From: Podarcis gaigeae
Lineage: Eukaryota
Direction: 5' to 3' (one strand)
Assembly (NCBI GenBank): GCA_964106915.2
Contig: OZ066916.1
DNA length: 64,000 bases
In this document: positions 12,645 through 25,910 of the stretch, one piece after another
Numbering within the stretch: position 1 is the first letter of the stretch
Layout of the letters: each line of letters starts with the position of its first letter
Notes under the pieces: generated by a model
Told to the model about the DNA's origin: nothing
What the model saw: the letters and a program-made list of their open reading frames with translations, nothing else
Databases searched by the model: none
Translations under genes and position numbers: made by a program

Positions 12645-14564
12645 AATGAATGAACTTTATTACGGTCACAGACCAGGATAAAAAGCAACAACATATAAAT
12701 AAAATAGCAGTTAGGATTTTTTTTTTAACTAATAAATGTTGGAGCAAATAAGGACAAAGAAACAAGCATAGGGTAAAACATCTGAATAAAATACAAGATT
12801 AAACACGGATAATGGATGGATAAAAACTGATAATTAAAACAGATAAGAACTAAAAAACAAATAAAAACATGCAGTTAAAACAACTGTAAGAGCGTAAGAA
12901 CTAAAAGACTTGCAGTTAAAACAACTATAAGAGGCTGCAGAGTAGAACACACACACACACACGCCTGTCAGTTTGAGAGGGGAAAAAATGCTTTCCGGCC
13001 CTGTCAACCAGTGATCCCAAATTGCTCAGTGAAGGCTCTAACCCAAGGGTGGCTGGGCAGGCAGGAAGCTCTCAAGGCAAAATAGCCCTGAGCTCCAGGA
13101 GAAGCAGCTTTATATAGGTTTTAGCCTTCCCCTTTGCAAGGGCTCATGGGAACGCCTTTTCCTTTGACCCCACCACACAAACAAGATACTGGGCAAAACC
13201 CATGGGCCACAGCGCTGCTGGGCAAAGGTGTCCCATGCTTATTGTGCGCAGAACAAGGCATATGTGCATATCCCATTGCTCACCCTGGCTTATTGGAGGA
13301 ATACCGGGAAAGGGCAGGGGGCAGAATCATGGCCTCAGCAGCATGGGGCGCTTGGCAGTTGCTCAAAGGTGCCCTTCTGTTAACTCCAGGACTGTGTCTG
13401 GCAACGCCTGCTTCACTCTAAAGCAAGGTACTGAGCCCAATCCTAACTACCTCTGCTCAAAGTAAGTCTAGTTGATTTCAGGATGTTTTACTTCCACAAA
13501 AGCAAACATATGACTATAGCCCAAGATGCAGGAAACAGTTGGAGAAGGAGAATGTTGAACTAGATGGATTCTTGGTTGGATCTAATGTGATAGGGCTCTG
13601 GGATGAGAAAAACTCAGCTTCATTTCTCTAAAATTACATTTAAGTATAGCTGGAGATATGGTAAAAGGCAGTGTCTTAAGGTTCACCCCCCTCCCTGCCC
13701 CCGCAATGGCTTATGCCTGGAGTTTGGAATAGCAGCTGCATTGGATGAAATCTAAAAGCAATTTCCCTAAGTGCATAGAAAAAGATATAGCCATATGTAA
13801 CTGCACCGCAAGTGCATAACACTATTGCAAAGTAAATTACATTCGAAGGAACCCCACTGTGGAGAATAGGAGCTGTTGTACGACTGGGACTGTTGACGGA
13901 TGATCATGCAAAATTTCAACATGAAAATTAGAGATAGCTTAGTGGTGATCTGAAAAGCTTGAAGGCACTGAAATGATGCCCAATTAGCTGAATTCTGAGG
14001 CTTTAACACTAACTTAGGCTTGAGAGTTCCCCAGAGCTGGTTAAGAAAGCATCAGCCATATTTTCTGTTATTCTTCAGTTATCACCATGGTAATGCATTT
14101 CTAACTAGATAAACTGATAAATTGTGAGGTCGTTGGTTTTTCAGATTAAGCTTTAATTGGCAGGGAAAAATGAGGAGTTTGGTTCCCCCCGCTTTTTTTT
14201 CTTTTTATCAACTCCAGAAAGGTTTTCAAAGCAGTTCACAGTAAAATGAAAGAAATAGGGCAATAAAATGATCCAAATATATTAAAAATGACATTGGGAT
14301 GTATTCTATGGCTCATACGTAGGCCACATAAGACTTCCAAAGAGACAGAAGGAGAAACCCTTCATTTGCCTTGATTGAGAAGCAAGTTAAAAACAACAAC
14401 AACACAAACCCCACTGGGTTGTAGAAACTATCAATGCTTACCTGGCCCAAACTCTGTGGAGCCTTGGCTCCTCTTACTGAAGAGAGATGGTTGGCCACAG
14501 GGAACAGGGGTTCCTTAGTGCCTCTAGTGGCGAATAAGATCTGCTGTGATTTGAAACAGGTACC

Positions 14565-14705
14565 AGGGAAGGAGTGGGGAACCTGTGGCCCTCCAGATAT
14601 TGTTGGATTACAGCTCCCATCATCCCTGACCATGAGCCATGCTAGCTGGGGCTGATGGGAGTTGAAGTCCAACAACATCTGGAGGATGACAGGTTCCCCA
14701 CCCCT
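14565..14705. mobile_element. Short palindromic hAT-like MITE
   Basis: GGGGAACCTGT..CCTCCAGAT...ATCTGGAGG..ACAGGTTCCCC self-complementary arms; relatives at 25775-25910, 35365-35485, 36452-36570 and 48435-48565. Confidence 0.65.
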
Positions 14706-15263
14706 AAACTAAAGGATGTCCTTCCTCTTATTAGGCTCTCCCTGCTGTGAATTGAAGACTGTGAAGAACCAGATGATCATACCACAGTGGTTGCCTCACC
14801 ATAATAGAACATGGTGGGTCAAAATATTTCATTTTTAGCTGTAGTGTTATTCTGTGCATTTGGACTGTGTGTGTTTGTGTGATTTAAGGTGTTTAATACT
14901 GTTTTATAATGATAATTCATAAAACAGGATCTCCTTGCTTGCACCACCATGACTCCTCCAATCTTTTTCTTTTCTTTTTCTTCTGTTCCTGCTGCTCACC
15001 CCCCACCAACACCTGTGTACACACCTGCTACAGAGGTGGATTTACGGGAGTGTGACCAGTTCACCTGCACTAAGTGCTGAGCTGAGGGGGTGCTGCATGG
15101 GGCACTGCAACAATGATAAAAAATGGAAGGCGAGATGCACTGAATTTTGATGTTAAAAGAATTTGTATATTAGGAGAAAATTTGCACTAAAACACTAATG
15201 AATTTCCATGATGAGTTAAAAGAAAAACCACAAACTGATGTGGAAATCTGGGTAATTGATTTT

Positions 15264-16416
15264 TTAAAATGATTTTTAATTTCAAGTAACAAAACATATC
15301 CATACAAGGAAAATGGAGCTCAGAAGTTGTACAGAAAAGAGAGAAAAATAGTGGTTGATGGTTGTAGTTTTAGATGTTCTAAGAAAGTCAGTCAAATGAA
15401 AGTGTCTCTCCATAAGGTTTCATGAGTCGATGGAGGGTGAAAACCAACCTTGATTGTTTTAACAAAGTCAATAAAAGGATTCCACATTTTATAGAAGGTG
15501 AGGGTCTTTCCCTCTTCCAATCAATATTCCTTTTGTGAAATGGTTAATTTGTCCAGAAGCACGATGTCCTATACCTGCAAAATCCAGACTTCAAAAAGAG
15601 TTGCATTTAAAGTTTTCCCATTTCTTGCAATCACTAGTCTAGCTGCAGTTAATAAATAGTGGATGAGGTCTTTATTGGTTATGTTCTTAATCTGTGGAGT
15701 AAAATAAGATACTAGGGCTAATTTGGGGTCTGGTTGTAGCAATTGTCCCATCATTTGATTGTTTGAAAAACCTTTTCCCAAAAGGGAATAATTTTTGGGC
15801 AAAACCACCACATGTGTACTAGAGAGAGCCAGGTAAATTGTATTCCCACCAGCAAAGGCTGGATGTGCTATGATTAAGCCTATATAATCTGGCTGGGCAC
15901 ATATACCAATGGCGTGCTATCTTTAAAGCATTTCTGGATTTCTAATTGAGATGGATCCAAATGGTCATTTATTCCAGAGTTGTTCCTCTCATTCTCTCCC
16001 CCCCCCATTTTAGTCTTAATGAAGTGAGAGGAAGGGTATCCAATTGTGTGAGGATTTTATATAGCTGGAAGATGGTTCCCTTTCCCAGTGGGTCAGTTGA
16101 GTTGAGTAGTTGCACAAAACTATTAAAGCTGAGTAATGCTTGAGTCCCTGCATTTGGCTGATTTAGAAAACGTATAATCTGGTATATCTCTAACCAGCGA
16201 AATGGTATAACTCTCAATATAAAATTTATTCCTGGAGCTGTAAGGGCCTTTTGATTAGAGTAGAAGTCACTGAATTTATTTAATTCCACTGTTTTCCACC
16301 TAACAAATGGGCCTGATTTTGCTGCTGTGAGAAATGAAGAGTGCTGAGTTACTGGGACTAAAGGGGAATCAAAAGCTAAACGTTTCAGTCCCCATTCTTT
16401 CCAACTAGTCAAGAAA
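15264..16416 (-). mobile_element. L1/Tx1-clade LINE, 5'-truncated ORF2 C-terminal region, decayed
   Basis: Fragments such as ...HYLLTAARLVIARNGK... and the preceding H-x-W-W-like zinc-knuckle region typical of L1-clade ORF2 ends; flanked by an AATTGATTTT duplication (~15254 and ~16417). Confidence 0.75.
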
Positions 16417-16997
16417 ATTGATTTTAAGATTAGAAAAATGAGAAATGGAAAGAAACCAAAATTTGACAGATTTGCTGGTCCCTAGTAAGGCTGTTCCCAC
16501 TTTCTTTTATTACAAAGGGGATGGAGATGTTATTTTATATGCTCAGCACTGGGAAATAACTAAAACAGAGGAGCATTGTCAGAGATGAGGGACAGAACCA
16601 GTTAGAGAACTTGGCACTTGTGATTAGCATCTTTACATCAAAGTTTAGCAGTGATGAATTTTGGGGCTCAGCTATCAATAATACCAAGATCAAAACCAGC
16701 TGGTCCAGCCTTTAAGTGCCACACACTCTGAATTATGGTCAAAAGGAAGCTGGAATCTCACAAGTGAAACCCCATTATCAGAGGGGAGTTCATCTTGCTA
16801 TGGCCAGATAAGAGAAACATTGCATCTTTTCCCAAGTATCTGCTGGAATTAGCCCAATGGAAAGACTGCCTAGTAATAAAAGTCATGGAATACTATCTTT
16901 AAAAAGAGAGAGAAAGGGGCTAATGCAATGTGAATAACAACAACAGCACTGGTTCTGAAATGAGGCAGAAATTTAAAACCCAGTAAGGCTGCAGTCC

Positions 16998-17558
16998 TCA
17001 CTGCAGATGGTGACAGCAGTCACGAAATTAAAAGAAGTCTGCTTCTTGGGAGAAAAGCCATGACAAACCTAGACAGCATCTTAAAAAGCAGAGACATCAC
17101 CTTGCCAACAAAGGTGTGTATAGTTAAAGCTATGGTTTTCTCAGTAGTGATGTATGGAAGTGAGAGCTGGACCATAAAGAAGGCTGATCGCCAAAGAATT
17201 GATGCTTTTGAATTATGGTGCTGGAGGAGACTCTTGAGAGTCCCATGGACTGCAAGAAGATCAAACGCATCCATTCTTAAGGAAATCAGCCCTGAGTGCT
17301 CACTGGAAGGACAGATCGTGAAGCTGAGGCTCCAATACTTTGGCCACCTCATGAGAAGAGAAGACTCCCTGGAAAAGACCCTGATGTTAGGAAAGATTGA
17401 GGGCAGAAGGAGAAGGGGATGACAGAGATGGTTGGACATTGTTCTCGAAGGTACCAGCATGAGTTTAACCAAACTGCGGGAGGCAGTGGAAGACAGGAGT
17501 GCCTGGCATGCTCTGGTCCATGGGGTCACGAAGAGTCGGACTAAACAACAACAACAAC
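16998..17558 (+). mobile_element. BovB (RTE-clade LINE), 5'-truncated, with 13-bp TSD
   Basis: MTNLDSILKSRDITLPTKV...MYGSESWTIKKADRQRIDAFELWCWRRLLRVPWTARRSN... ; (CAA)n tail; TSD AAGGCTGCAGTCC at 16985-16997 and 17559-17571. Confidence 0.95.
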
Positions 17559-18055
17559 AAGGCTGCAGTCCACCACTGAAGCCACTGACATGCCCTTTGG
17601 CTCATAAGACTTGAAGATGCCTTATTAAGGCCACTGTGCAAGTCTACCAAATTTGCAGCATGACCACCTACTTTTTGCTTGACCCAGAAGAAAACAGATG
17701 ATGGAGAGCAGGGGTCTGAAAGTCACATGAGATTTTGACTGTATTAAGATGGACCACTACCCAAATCACCATAAGAGATATGTGGCCTCCCTTCAGGGTG
17801 TGACCAATGGAGATCTGAGGTTGTGATGAATGACAGAGATATTTGATTTGTTAAGAACACAGTTCTGTTTATTTCTAGAATGTAATTTAGGCCTGAGTTC
17901 AACATTTTCAGAACTTTAGGTTGAATTTTGTGGTAGTGGTTTTTGTTCGTGTTCAAAATCAAGCTATTAATCACCTCTCCCTGTCCACCATCACCACATC
18001 CCTCTATCAAATGATGCTATGTCATCAAAGAATGTTGTCCTCTGCAGACGTTGGG

Positions 18056-18100
18056 TGGTAGTAGTAGTAGTAGTAGTAATAATAATAATAATAATAATAA
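18056..18100. repeat. Compound (GTA)n(ATA)n microsatellite
   Basis: Direct observation. Confidence 0.9.
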
Positions 18101-21100
18101 TGGTGGTCATTAGAAGATGTGCTGATGCTACTGGAAATTTTTGTTCTATGATTTTATCTCCACCTTTGAAAATTGATGGGGCTTTGCCTTCCGTTTTGTT
18201 CTTACATTGCTTCAAATTTAAAGGCAAAGTTATCAGATGAGAACTTTCATCTCAGCCATAGCATACCACAGCAAAGGACTTTTCTCCAACAGCTGCTCAA
18301 AAGGTGGGGAGCATATGAAGAAAGACCAACAGAGAAAAGCTTAGTTGACTGGCAGGCTCACGGGGGCTGCAAAAATGGTCTCAATGCATTGTACAAACAA
18401 TGTTGCTAGAGATGGATGGAACCAGAGGGATCAGCTCCACTTTCAGATACATCTTAGTGGATACTTTGGGCCGTCCAATTCAAATTCTCTTGAAGAAGCC
18501 TGAATTTTTGAATACTTCAACCTTGTATTGGTTACAGTTTTTTGTTTTCTTGGTCATTGACAATTTTCATTTGCTTGTCTCTGCACTTGGTTCAATGCAT
18601 GTATATATGTGTAACAAGGAGAAATATTGTCCTTCCTCTCCTGAACAGTCCATACTAAGCAGTAGCCTCCTGGCTGAAAAGCACAGACTTAATCAGGTAT
18701 CATTTCCATTCTAAATGTGAGCAGGTACTGTGCTGTTGCTATTAATTAATCAATTTCATTTATTGTTGCTGATGCTTATTCCAAATTGGCATTTGTGTAC
18801 TTTTCCTCATTCTGCTGAATTTTGCAGTATCTTGTGAAACAAGGCTGCACTCTTGCCTGCCACAGACATTCCAAGATCCTTGTTGCAAATACAGCAATTG
18901 GATTGGGAATATTTATCTGCTGCTATGAGTATGCAGTTTTGTGTTTCCATAAATGAAAACTGTGGCCGCTCATTGTGTCCCTAGTTTACATCATGCCCAC
19001 ATTCTCATCACCGGTATTAGCACAAATTGAATTTTATTCCCTTAGAACTGAAGGAAGACCCAACACTGTTATTTTTTAGACATTTTTAAAAAAAGTTTCA
19101 TTTCTCCAAAGCCTTCTCAAACTAGCCTGATTTATTTCTGCAATTTATAATCCTATTTGGTTGTTATGCCTTAATGCTGTTTTTGTGATCTGCGCTGTGT
19201 ATTATATTCTGTTTCAGTGCGTCTTTTTATTCATTTATTTACCTGATTCCATTTATGAATCGCTTCCCATAAAACACACTGTGGTGATCTCACAGCAAAA
19301 ACACCAACAATATACCCCCACCCCCAAAAAAATCACATGTGAAAACAATTAAAAACAATTTCACAAGAAAAAATAATTACAAATCCAATGCAGACACAGA
19401 ATAGGACAAAGGCCTCCACTTGTTGAAAAGACATCATTTTCAGCAGGCACTGAAGAAACAATAGAGATGGTACATGTCTGGTGTGTGACAGTAGGAAGTT
19501 CCAAGGGTAGGTGCCACCACACTAAAGACTTCATGCTGGTTTATTGTTCAGTTTTACTGCATTCTGTATTTTTATGGCTGTGTAAACACTATACCTTTAA
19601 AGCACACCTGAAACACATTCTTTCCCTCAAATAATTCTGGGCACTATATTTTTCCAGGTTGCTGGGAATTGCAACTCTGTGAGGGGTAAACTAGAGTGCC
19701 CAGAATTTGTTGAGGGAAAGAATGTCCTTCAAATGTGATTTAAAGGTCTAGTGTCCACATAGCAATTGTAACGTGGGATTGATTTTTATTTGAGATTGTA
19801 AGCTGCTTTGTGGAGGAAGTTCCTAAAAAAAACCCCAGGATATAAAATTTACAATAATAATAATTTCACCCCAACACCACAAGTGTGTTGACAATGGGTG
19901 TAGGGAAAGAGGTTGTGTGATGACATCACATTATGAGGTAAGTTGCTCATATTATTTAGCACAGGTTGAGAATAAGATAGAGGGACATTCTTTCTGCTAG
20001 CAACCTCCATGTCTTGGTCACTGAAACAATCCACAACTTTGTTTCCTAGTAATCTAGAACAATTGTGTTTCCTGTTCCTTGAAGTTGTGTGGCTTAGGTG
20101 AACAGTTTGAGTATTTTAATACTCTTCTGAAATGGCCAGTGACCCAATAAAATGTATCCAGAGACCGCATCAATACCATCATAAAATTTTCAAGTGATTA
20201 TGTTCTTCAGGAACAGTTTATTAACCAGACAGTAATAAAATCTACCGCAGACTTCTTTGCTAATTGCCAGACGCACCAATTTGCCACCCACCCAGAGAAA
20301 ACCAGAAATACAAATTCATCAAACACGGTTTAAGGTGCAAAAGGATTTTCTTTATATCTTCCTGCCGCTTGCTAGCAGCCGCTTCCACACAAAGAGAGGC
20401 ACTTTGCTAACAAATTCCAAGTTGCTACTAATTGCTAGTCAGGCTGAGCAGGAATCTGCTGCTTAGCTCCACTCTCAGAAGACCTGCTGCCTGACAGTTG
20501 GAAGCGAGACTGTCTCCACCATGAGCTGAATGAGACACAGCTTCACAGACCCAGCCCTTGCCTCAGAGGACCTTGGATGAAACTGTTGACTGGCAACTGG
20601 CAACTTCCAGAAAGGAAAGACTTCATTACAGACTAGGGAAAATCCAGATGCTCAGCCCCAATCCCTATCCTCAGATGCATCCTGAGTTGGACCATTCGTC
20701 CATGTAGCTCAGTACTGTCTCTGCTGACTGCCAGTGGCTATTTAGGGTTTCTGTCAGGGTTCTCTCCCAGCCCTAACTGGAGAATGCTGGGGATTAAACC
20801 TGGCATGCTATGCCACCGAGCTCCAGCCATTCCCCATCAGGCTAAGCTAAAGTTTGCAGGACCTTGGACAGCTCCCAGCAAGCACTTTGGGTAGGGTCTT
20901 ACTTTGACAGGGACCTGAGTTAAGTTGATAATCTACGATAGCAAGCAGACCTACCTAGTACCCCAACCCCTCCCTTACCTAGTTAGGCTCAAAGCCTGAA
21001 AAACTCGAGCACTGTCTCAGGTTCATTTCTACATTTTCCATGTATTAGACAGATAGGATGAAAATAAGCAGCTAAAGCTCACATCTCCCTTCCCCATACC

Positions 21101-21299
21101 CACCAGCATGAAACCTGCCTGTGCTAAAGGAATAGTTTCTTATGGGAGACTGATCAGCCAATCTTCAAAGCCATTTGACTGATATGTCATCAGGAAAGAA
21201 CAAGGACAAAAGCAGGAAATATTGCATTATTGATTTCACATGGTGACCATGCATTATCCCTTTCTGTAATATATTTGAATGTGGTTTTATATCAAGCAT

Positions 21300-21610
21300 A
21301 TAACACCTGGTTTGGTTGCCAATTTGATACTAGGCCAAGTTCAAGGTGTTAGTATATAAAGCCCTTACCAACTTTGGAAATACTTATGAGATCGCCTTAC
21401 CCCACATGTGCTCACCCAACTACTTTGATCAATGGTGTTGACACTACTATAGATGCCACATAATACCCATTCTGCCTTTTAAAGAACTTAATCATTTAGC
21501 GTGGTAGCACCTGCCTTTTGGAACTCCCTGCCTACTGTGACCAAGCAAGGGCTTTTGCCATGCTCTTTTCGGCACCTGCTAAAAACATTCCAATTTAGAC
21601 GACCCTACCC
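21300..21610 (+). mobile_element. Old L2-clade LINE fragment
   Basis: Degenerate WLPI....FKV motif followed by FSVVAP..WNSLP. Confidence 0.55.
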
Positions 21611-22132
21611 AGAATCTTAGTTGAGGTAACTTTAATCTGTTTTAGTATTTTAATTTTTATATGTGAATATAACTTTTATGAAATAAAGTAAACTAATGAA
21701 TGAAGAATCTTTTGTGAGCGACTCGGAGAGTCTCTCAGGGTTATAAAGGGGGATGGAAGTTATTCCAAAGAAACAGTGTTAGCAATGTCTGGACAGGTTC
21801 AAGATTCCTTGCTATACTGGACAACTTGAAGGATTTTCTTAGATGTAAAACATTGTCTCTGCACTGTTGCACTGTCCCATCTGGTTGTGCTCCCACATCA
21901 GATGGAACAGGAGAAATGTCAGTGTGGTAGAAAGCGGAGGCTGGTGTTTAAAGGCAAGTTTAAGGGCCTACCATCCCTCTTTCCGCCTCCATGGTATAAT
22001 CATTTGTTCTCTACCTTCGATGTCTGCCTTCTTGCTCGGAGCCCGTATTACTGAGACTTATCCCTGCAGATCTGAGGGGATCTTGGGCCACAGTCACACC
22101 ATACATTTAAAGCCATATCCCAAAGAATTATG

Positions 22133-22290
22133 GGATGACAGAAGGGGACAACAGAGGACGAGATGGTTGGACAGTGCTCTTGAAGCTACTAGCATGAGTT
22201 TGACCAAACTGCGGGAGGCAGTGGATGACAGGAGTGCCTGATCCATGGGGTCACGAAGAGTCGGGCACGACTAAACGACTAAACAACAAA
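22133..22290 (+). mobile_element. BovB 3' fragment
   Basis: RRGQQRTRWLDSALEATSMSLTKLREAV; CACGACTAAACGACTAAACAACAA tail. Confidence 0.85.
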
Positions 22291-25200
22291 GGTTGTTAAG
22301 GGTGCTGAGAATTGTTAGGGGACTCCTATTCCTCACTCAGGGGTACAATTCCCAGAGTGGTTTAGCAGTCAGTCCCTCTTCCCAGGGAATTCGTGATCTG
22401 TAGCTGTTGAAAATTTAGTAAATGTTCATTTCAGTGCCTGGCAGAGGCACCCAATTTAGTTGAATCTCCATTCTTGAGAAAGCTACACCCATTGAATAGC
22501 TGCCTCTCCTACAGCTGTTCAAGACATGCCAACTTCTTTTTAACTGGTTCTGCTCCTGTGAGTTGAGCAGTTGCAGTAGAAGGAAGGGAAAGGAGAATGT
22601 TAGCCGCTTTGAGACTCCTTAAAGGGAGTGAAAGGCGGGATATCAAATCCAAACTCTTCTTCTTCTAGAAGGCTGTAATCCTATGCACCTAGTCCACTTT
22701 TAAGTATGCTTAGAAGTACACATGTCTAGAAGCCATGCCATGAAGAGCTTTGCCTATTAAATTTCTGGATATCATGCTGCTGTTAGAGGCAAAGGAGGGG
22801 AACTAGTAAGGAACCCATGGAAGCATATCTGACAAACTGGTGACCTTCATTCTGATTCAAGGTTGTGGATTCTCTTTGCAAGTGGTTGGCTTCTCCAAGG
22901 CTTCGTTCCCTCTTCCATGTGCTATTTCCCAAGGCGACATCTTGCAGTGATTTCTGTGTCTTTTTAATCCTTCTGGAGGTGAATGTCCCTCAGGAAGAAA
23001 GATTAGGTTGGCCTCCTGGGAACTTAATAAGCTTTAGTGAAAGTTTCTGCAAAATGTAATTTAAGGAGCCAAATCTACATTTTCTACCCATTTGTAAGAT
23101 TCATCTCTTTCCAGCAATCCGTGCCAGAAATACATCTATTCCAGAGCTATCAGAGCAAGGCTGTGAATTATGCTTTAAATTCTGAATCTGTAATAGGGAG
23201 GGAGTCTGCTCAGAGAGTGGAGAGTAAAAATAGCATACCCTACACATGAATTAGCATATTTCTAAATAACTTCTGTATATGCATTGATAGGGCTAGGCAC
23301 ACTATGTAAATCTCTTCCAGTTTTTCTAGATACCTCAAAGTTATCACCTTCTTCTCAGGTGAGGAAAACCCAGTAAAAATTACCCCCCCTTTTTAAGTGT
23401 AACTTATTTCCCCACATTTGCTTCCAGTAGTAGAAAACATGGTTCTAATGGACATCTATGTAACAGGATGTCAGCATCAAGAAGAGACTGTCAACAATTC
23501 AGCACCAAGTGTGAGCACTGGGATTGGCTCCACTCAGGACATCTGGCTACAGTCAATTACTGCTGCAAGTGGGGATTGCAGTCAGTACTGAATTTAAGTT
23601 CAGTGCCAATTGAAGGTCCTACTGAAATTGGCCTGGGAGCTCCCAGTCAGAGCTCCTGTGTGGACCTGATCGCTGCCAAAAGCAGCATTTCCAGTCAGCA
23701 CTAAATTCATTGCTGAGTGCAAGCCCTGCTTTTAGCAGAGGTCTTTGTAGTCCAGCTGGAATTCAAGCCAAGTTTCCTCCTTTGCAGCCTTGTCTTATAT
23801 TCAAGCCAGGGCTGCAAAGGAAGAAAGGAAGGTATCAGGAGATCGACAGGTGGACAGCCCCACTCAGCTGTCAAAAGTGACCTGAAGATTGTTCCTCAAT
23901 CACACAGTGATGGCTGGTGCCCATTGGGCAGAAGGTCGGGAGGCTAACAGTAGGTGGAGGCAGAGCCAATGACAGGCATAACCAGCCCATTCTAGCTTTG
24001 TCCCCATTTGCCTTCCTGTTGAGTTCTACAAAGGCAACACTGAGACTAAGGACTGTCACCCGATAGACTGGTTGCAAGAGAGAAGGCAGAAGATGGGGGC
24101 TTGCTAAGAGAACCCTGAGGTTGGTTGGGCAGTGCACTATTGGCCCTAGTGGCCCAGCCTCCACTGCACTTAAAGTAGCCTTTCAGATGTTGGCTAATGA
24201 GATCATGGCTGAACTCTCTTTGGTAAGGTGTCCAACCACAGGACCACATCCATCAGTTGTCATTGTAGCCTGCAGTGATCAATGACATGGCTTCCACTGT
24301 AATGCTTTAACTTGGCATGCTATTGCTATTCGCTTACCGCTTCAAGGGCTCAGCCACATCTGGATTTACAGCCTTTCAACCTTCGTCATAATGCTGGGAG
24401 GAGGAGCAGGTGATAGGGTTAACTTGCATTGGGAGCACTTATGCTGTGATTCAGTCCAAGCTGGCAGCACACCAGTACCTAAAGCCCCCAAAGGAGCCCT
24501 AATACTAGAGTAGGTAGTTTAATTAGTGCTGCGCTCCCATTTATAATTAGATTTCTGTTAGTTCAGTTTGAAGCTTGATTTCATAATAATGAAAAAAAAT
24601 TAAAAATTCCTGTGGGACTTTCCCCGGTAAATTAATACTGTGGACTTTGATGAACCGATGCTTTTAATAGACTGTGGTATTTGAAAAGAATCTAAATCAA
24701 GGCAGGAGCGTTACCGTCCCATAAAAGTCAAGGCCACAAGGTAATAAATCTCTTTACAAGGAAGAGGAATGTGTCTTGGATTGAGTCCGAAAAGAGTGAA
24801 CAGCCCGGACTGTGAAAGAAAAGATTAATTCCCAGTAGCAGGGAAGTTGCAAAGGGGAAAGAAGCAGCAGAATGTCACCCTTCATCTTTTGGACTCTTCC
24901 AGGCAGAGTCAAGACCATGTTTTCATTGACAGGCGAGATGAGCGGAGGCTCATCCTGCAGGGACAATCAATATTTGGGGGTGTGGAGCATTTTCTCTGAC
25001 CTTGCTGCAGGCCAGTGAAACAAGAAAAGAAAACCAACAGTCAGAATATCAGGAACAGGGGTGGGAAACCCTTTTCAGCCTGAGGGCCACATTCTCTGCA
25101 GAACTACCTTCCAAGGGCCACATGCTTACTACCTTTAGTAGGCTAGTTTTCACATACAAACCTCTCTATTCTCCATCCGTGGCATACAACCTCCTTAAAT

Positions 25201-25774
25201 CCACTAATGGTTTTGTTGGATTATTTGCACGCTTGAGACGTTTCTCAGCTAGCCATTTCTCCTAGCCTGCTTCCACCAATAGCTACATGGATTCAGCCAA
25301 CAATCAGGAACAAGTCCTCTTTAAAACTTGTTAGTTCTACCTCAAAGAGGTAAGTCTTCCAACCAGCTTTTCCCATGCTCTGCCACACTAACAGCAGTCA
25401 TACTGTGGGGATCTTGATCAGCACCCTCCAAGCGTGCTTGTTCACTTCGCATTCTACAGATGAATCTCTTATAAAAACCAATTAACATTTTGCTGGCCCA
25501 ATGAGCAATTTAATTCTGTTAGGCCACCTTTGCTTTGCATGGCCTGGTAGGCAAGGAAATTGTGCAGAGTTTGTGTATACAACCAGAGGAGACCTTTAAA
25601 AATCAATAACGAAACCACCCAATGGCAAGATTCCCCCCTCCCCAATTCATATTCACTTTGTAAAATGGGAGCTTCTGCTTTGCTTACAAATACATTTGTA
25701 GATGTGGCTCCCATGAAGTATGCATTGTAGTATACTGTGGGTTTGTGAAGACTTTGTGAGGAAACCTCCTAACA

Positions 25775-25910
25775 TAGGCTTTCTCAACTTCGGCCCTCCA
25801 GATGTTTTGCGACTACAATTCCCATCATCCCTGACCACTGGTCCTGCTAGCTAGGGGTTGTGGGATTTGTAGGCCAAAAACATTTGGAGGGCCGAGGTTG
25901 AGGAAGCCTG
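25775..25910. mobile_element. hAT-type MITE with 8-bp TSD
   Basis: Near-perfect palindromic arms; TSD TCCTAACA (25767-25774) / TCGTAACA (25911-25918), one mismatch. Confidence 0.75.
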
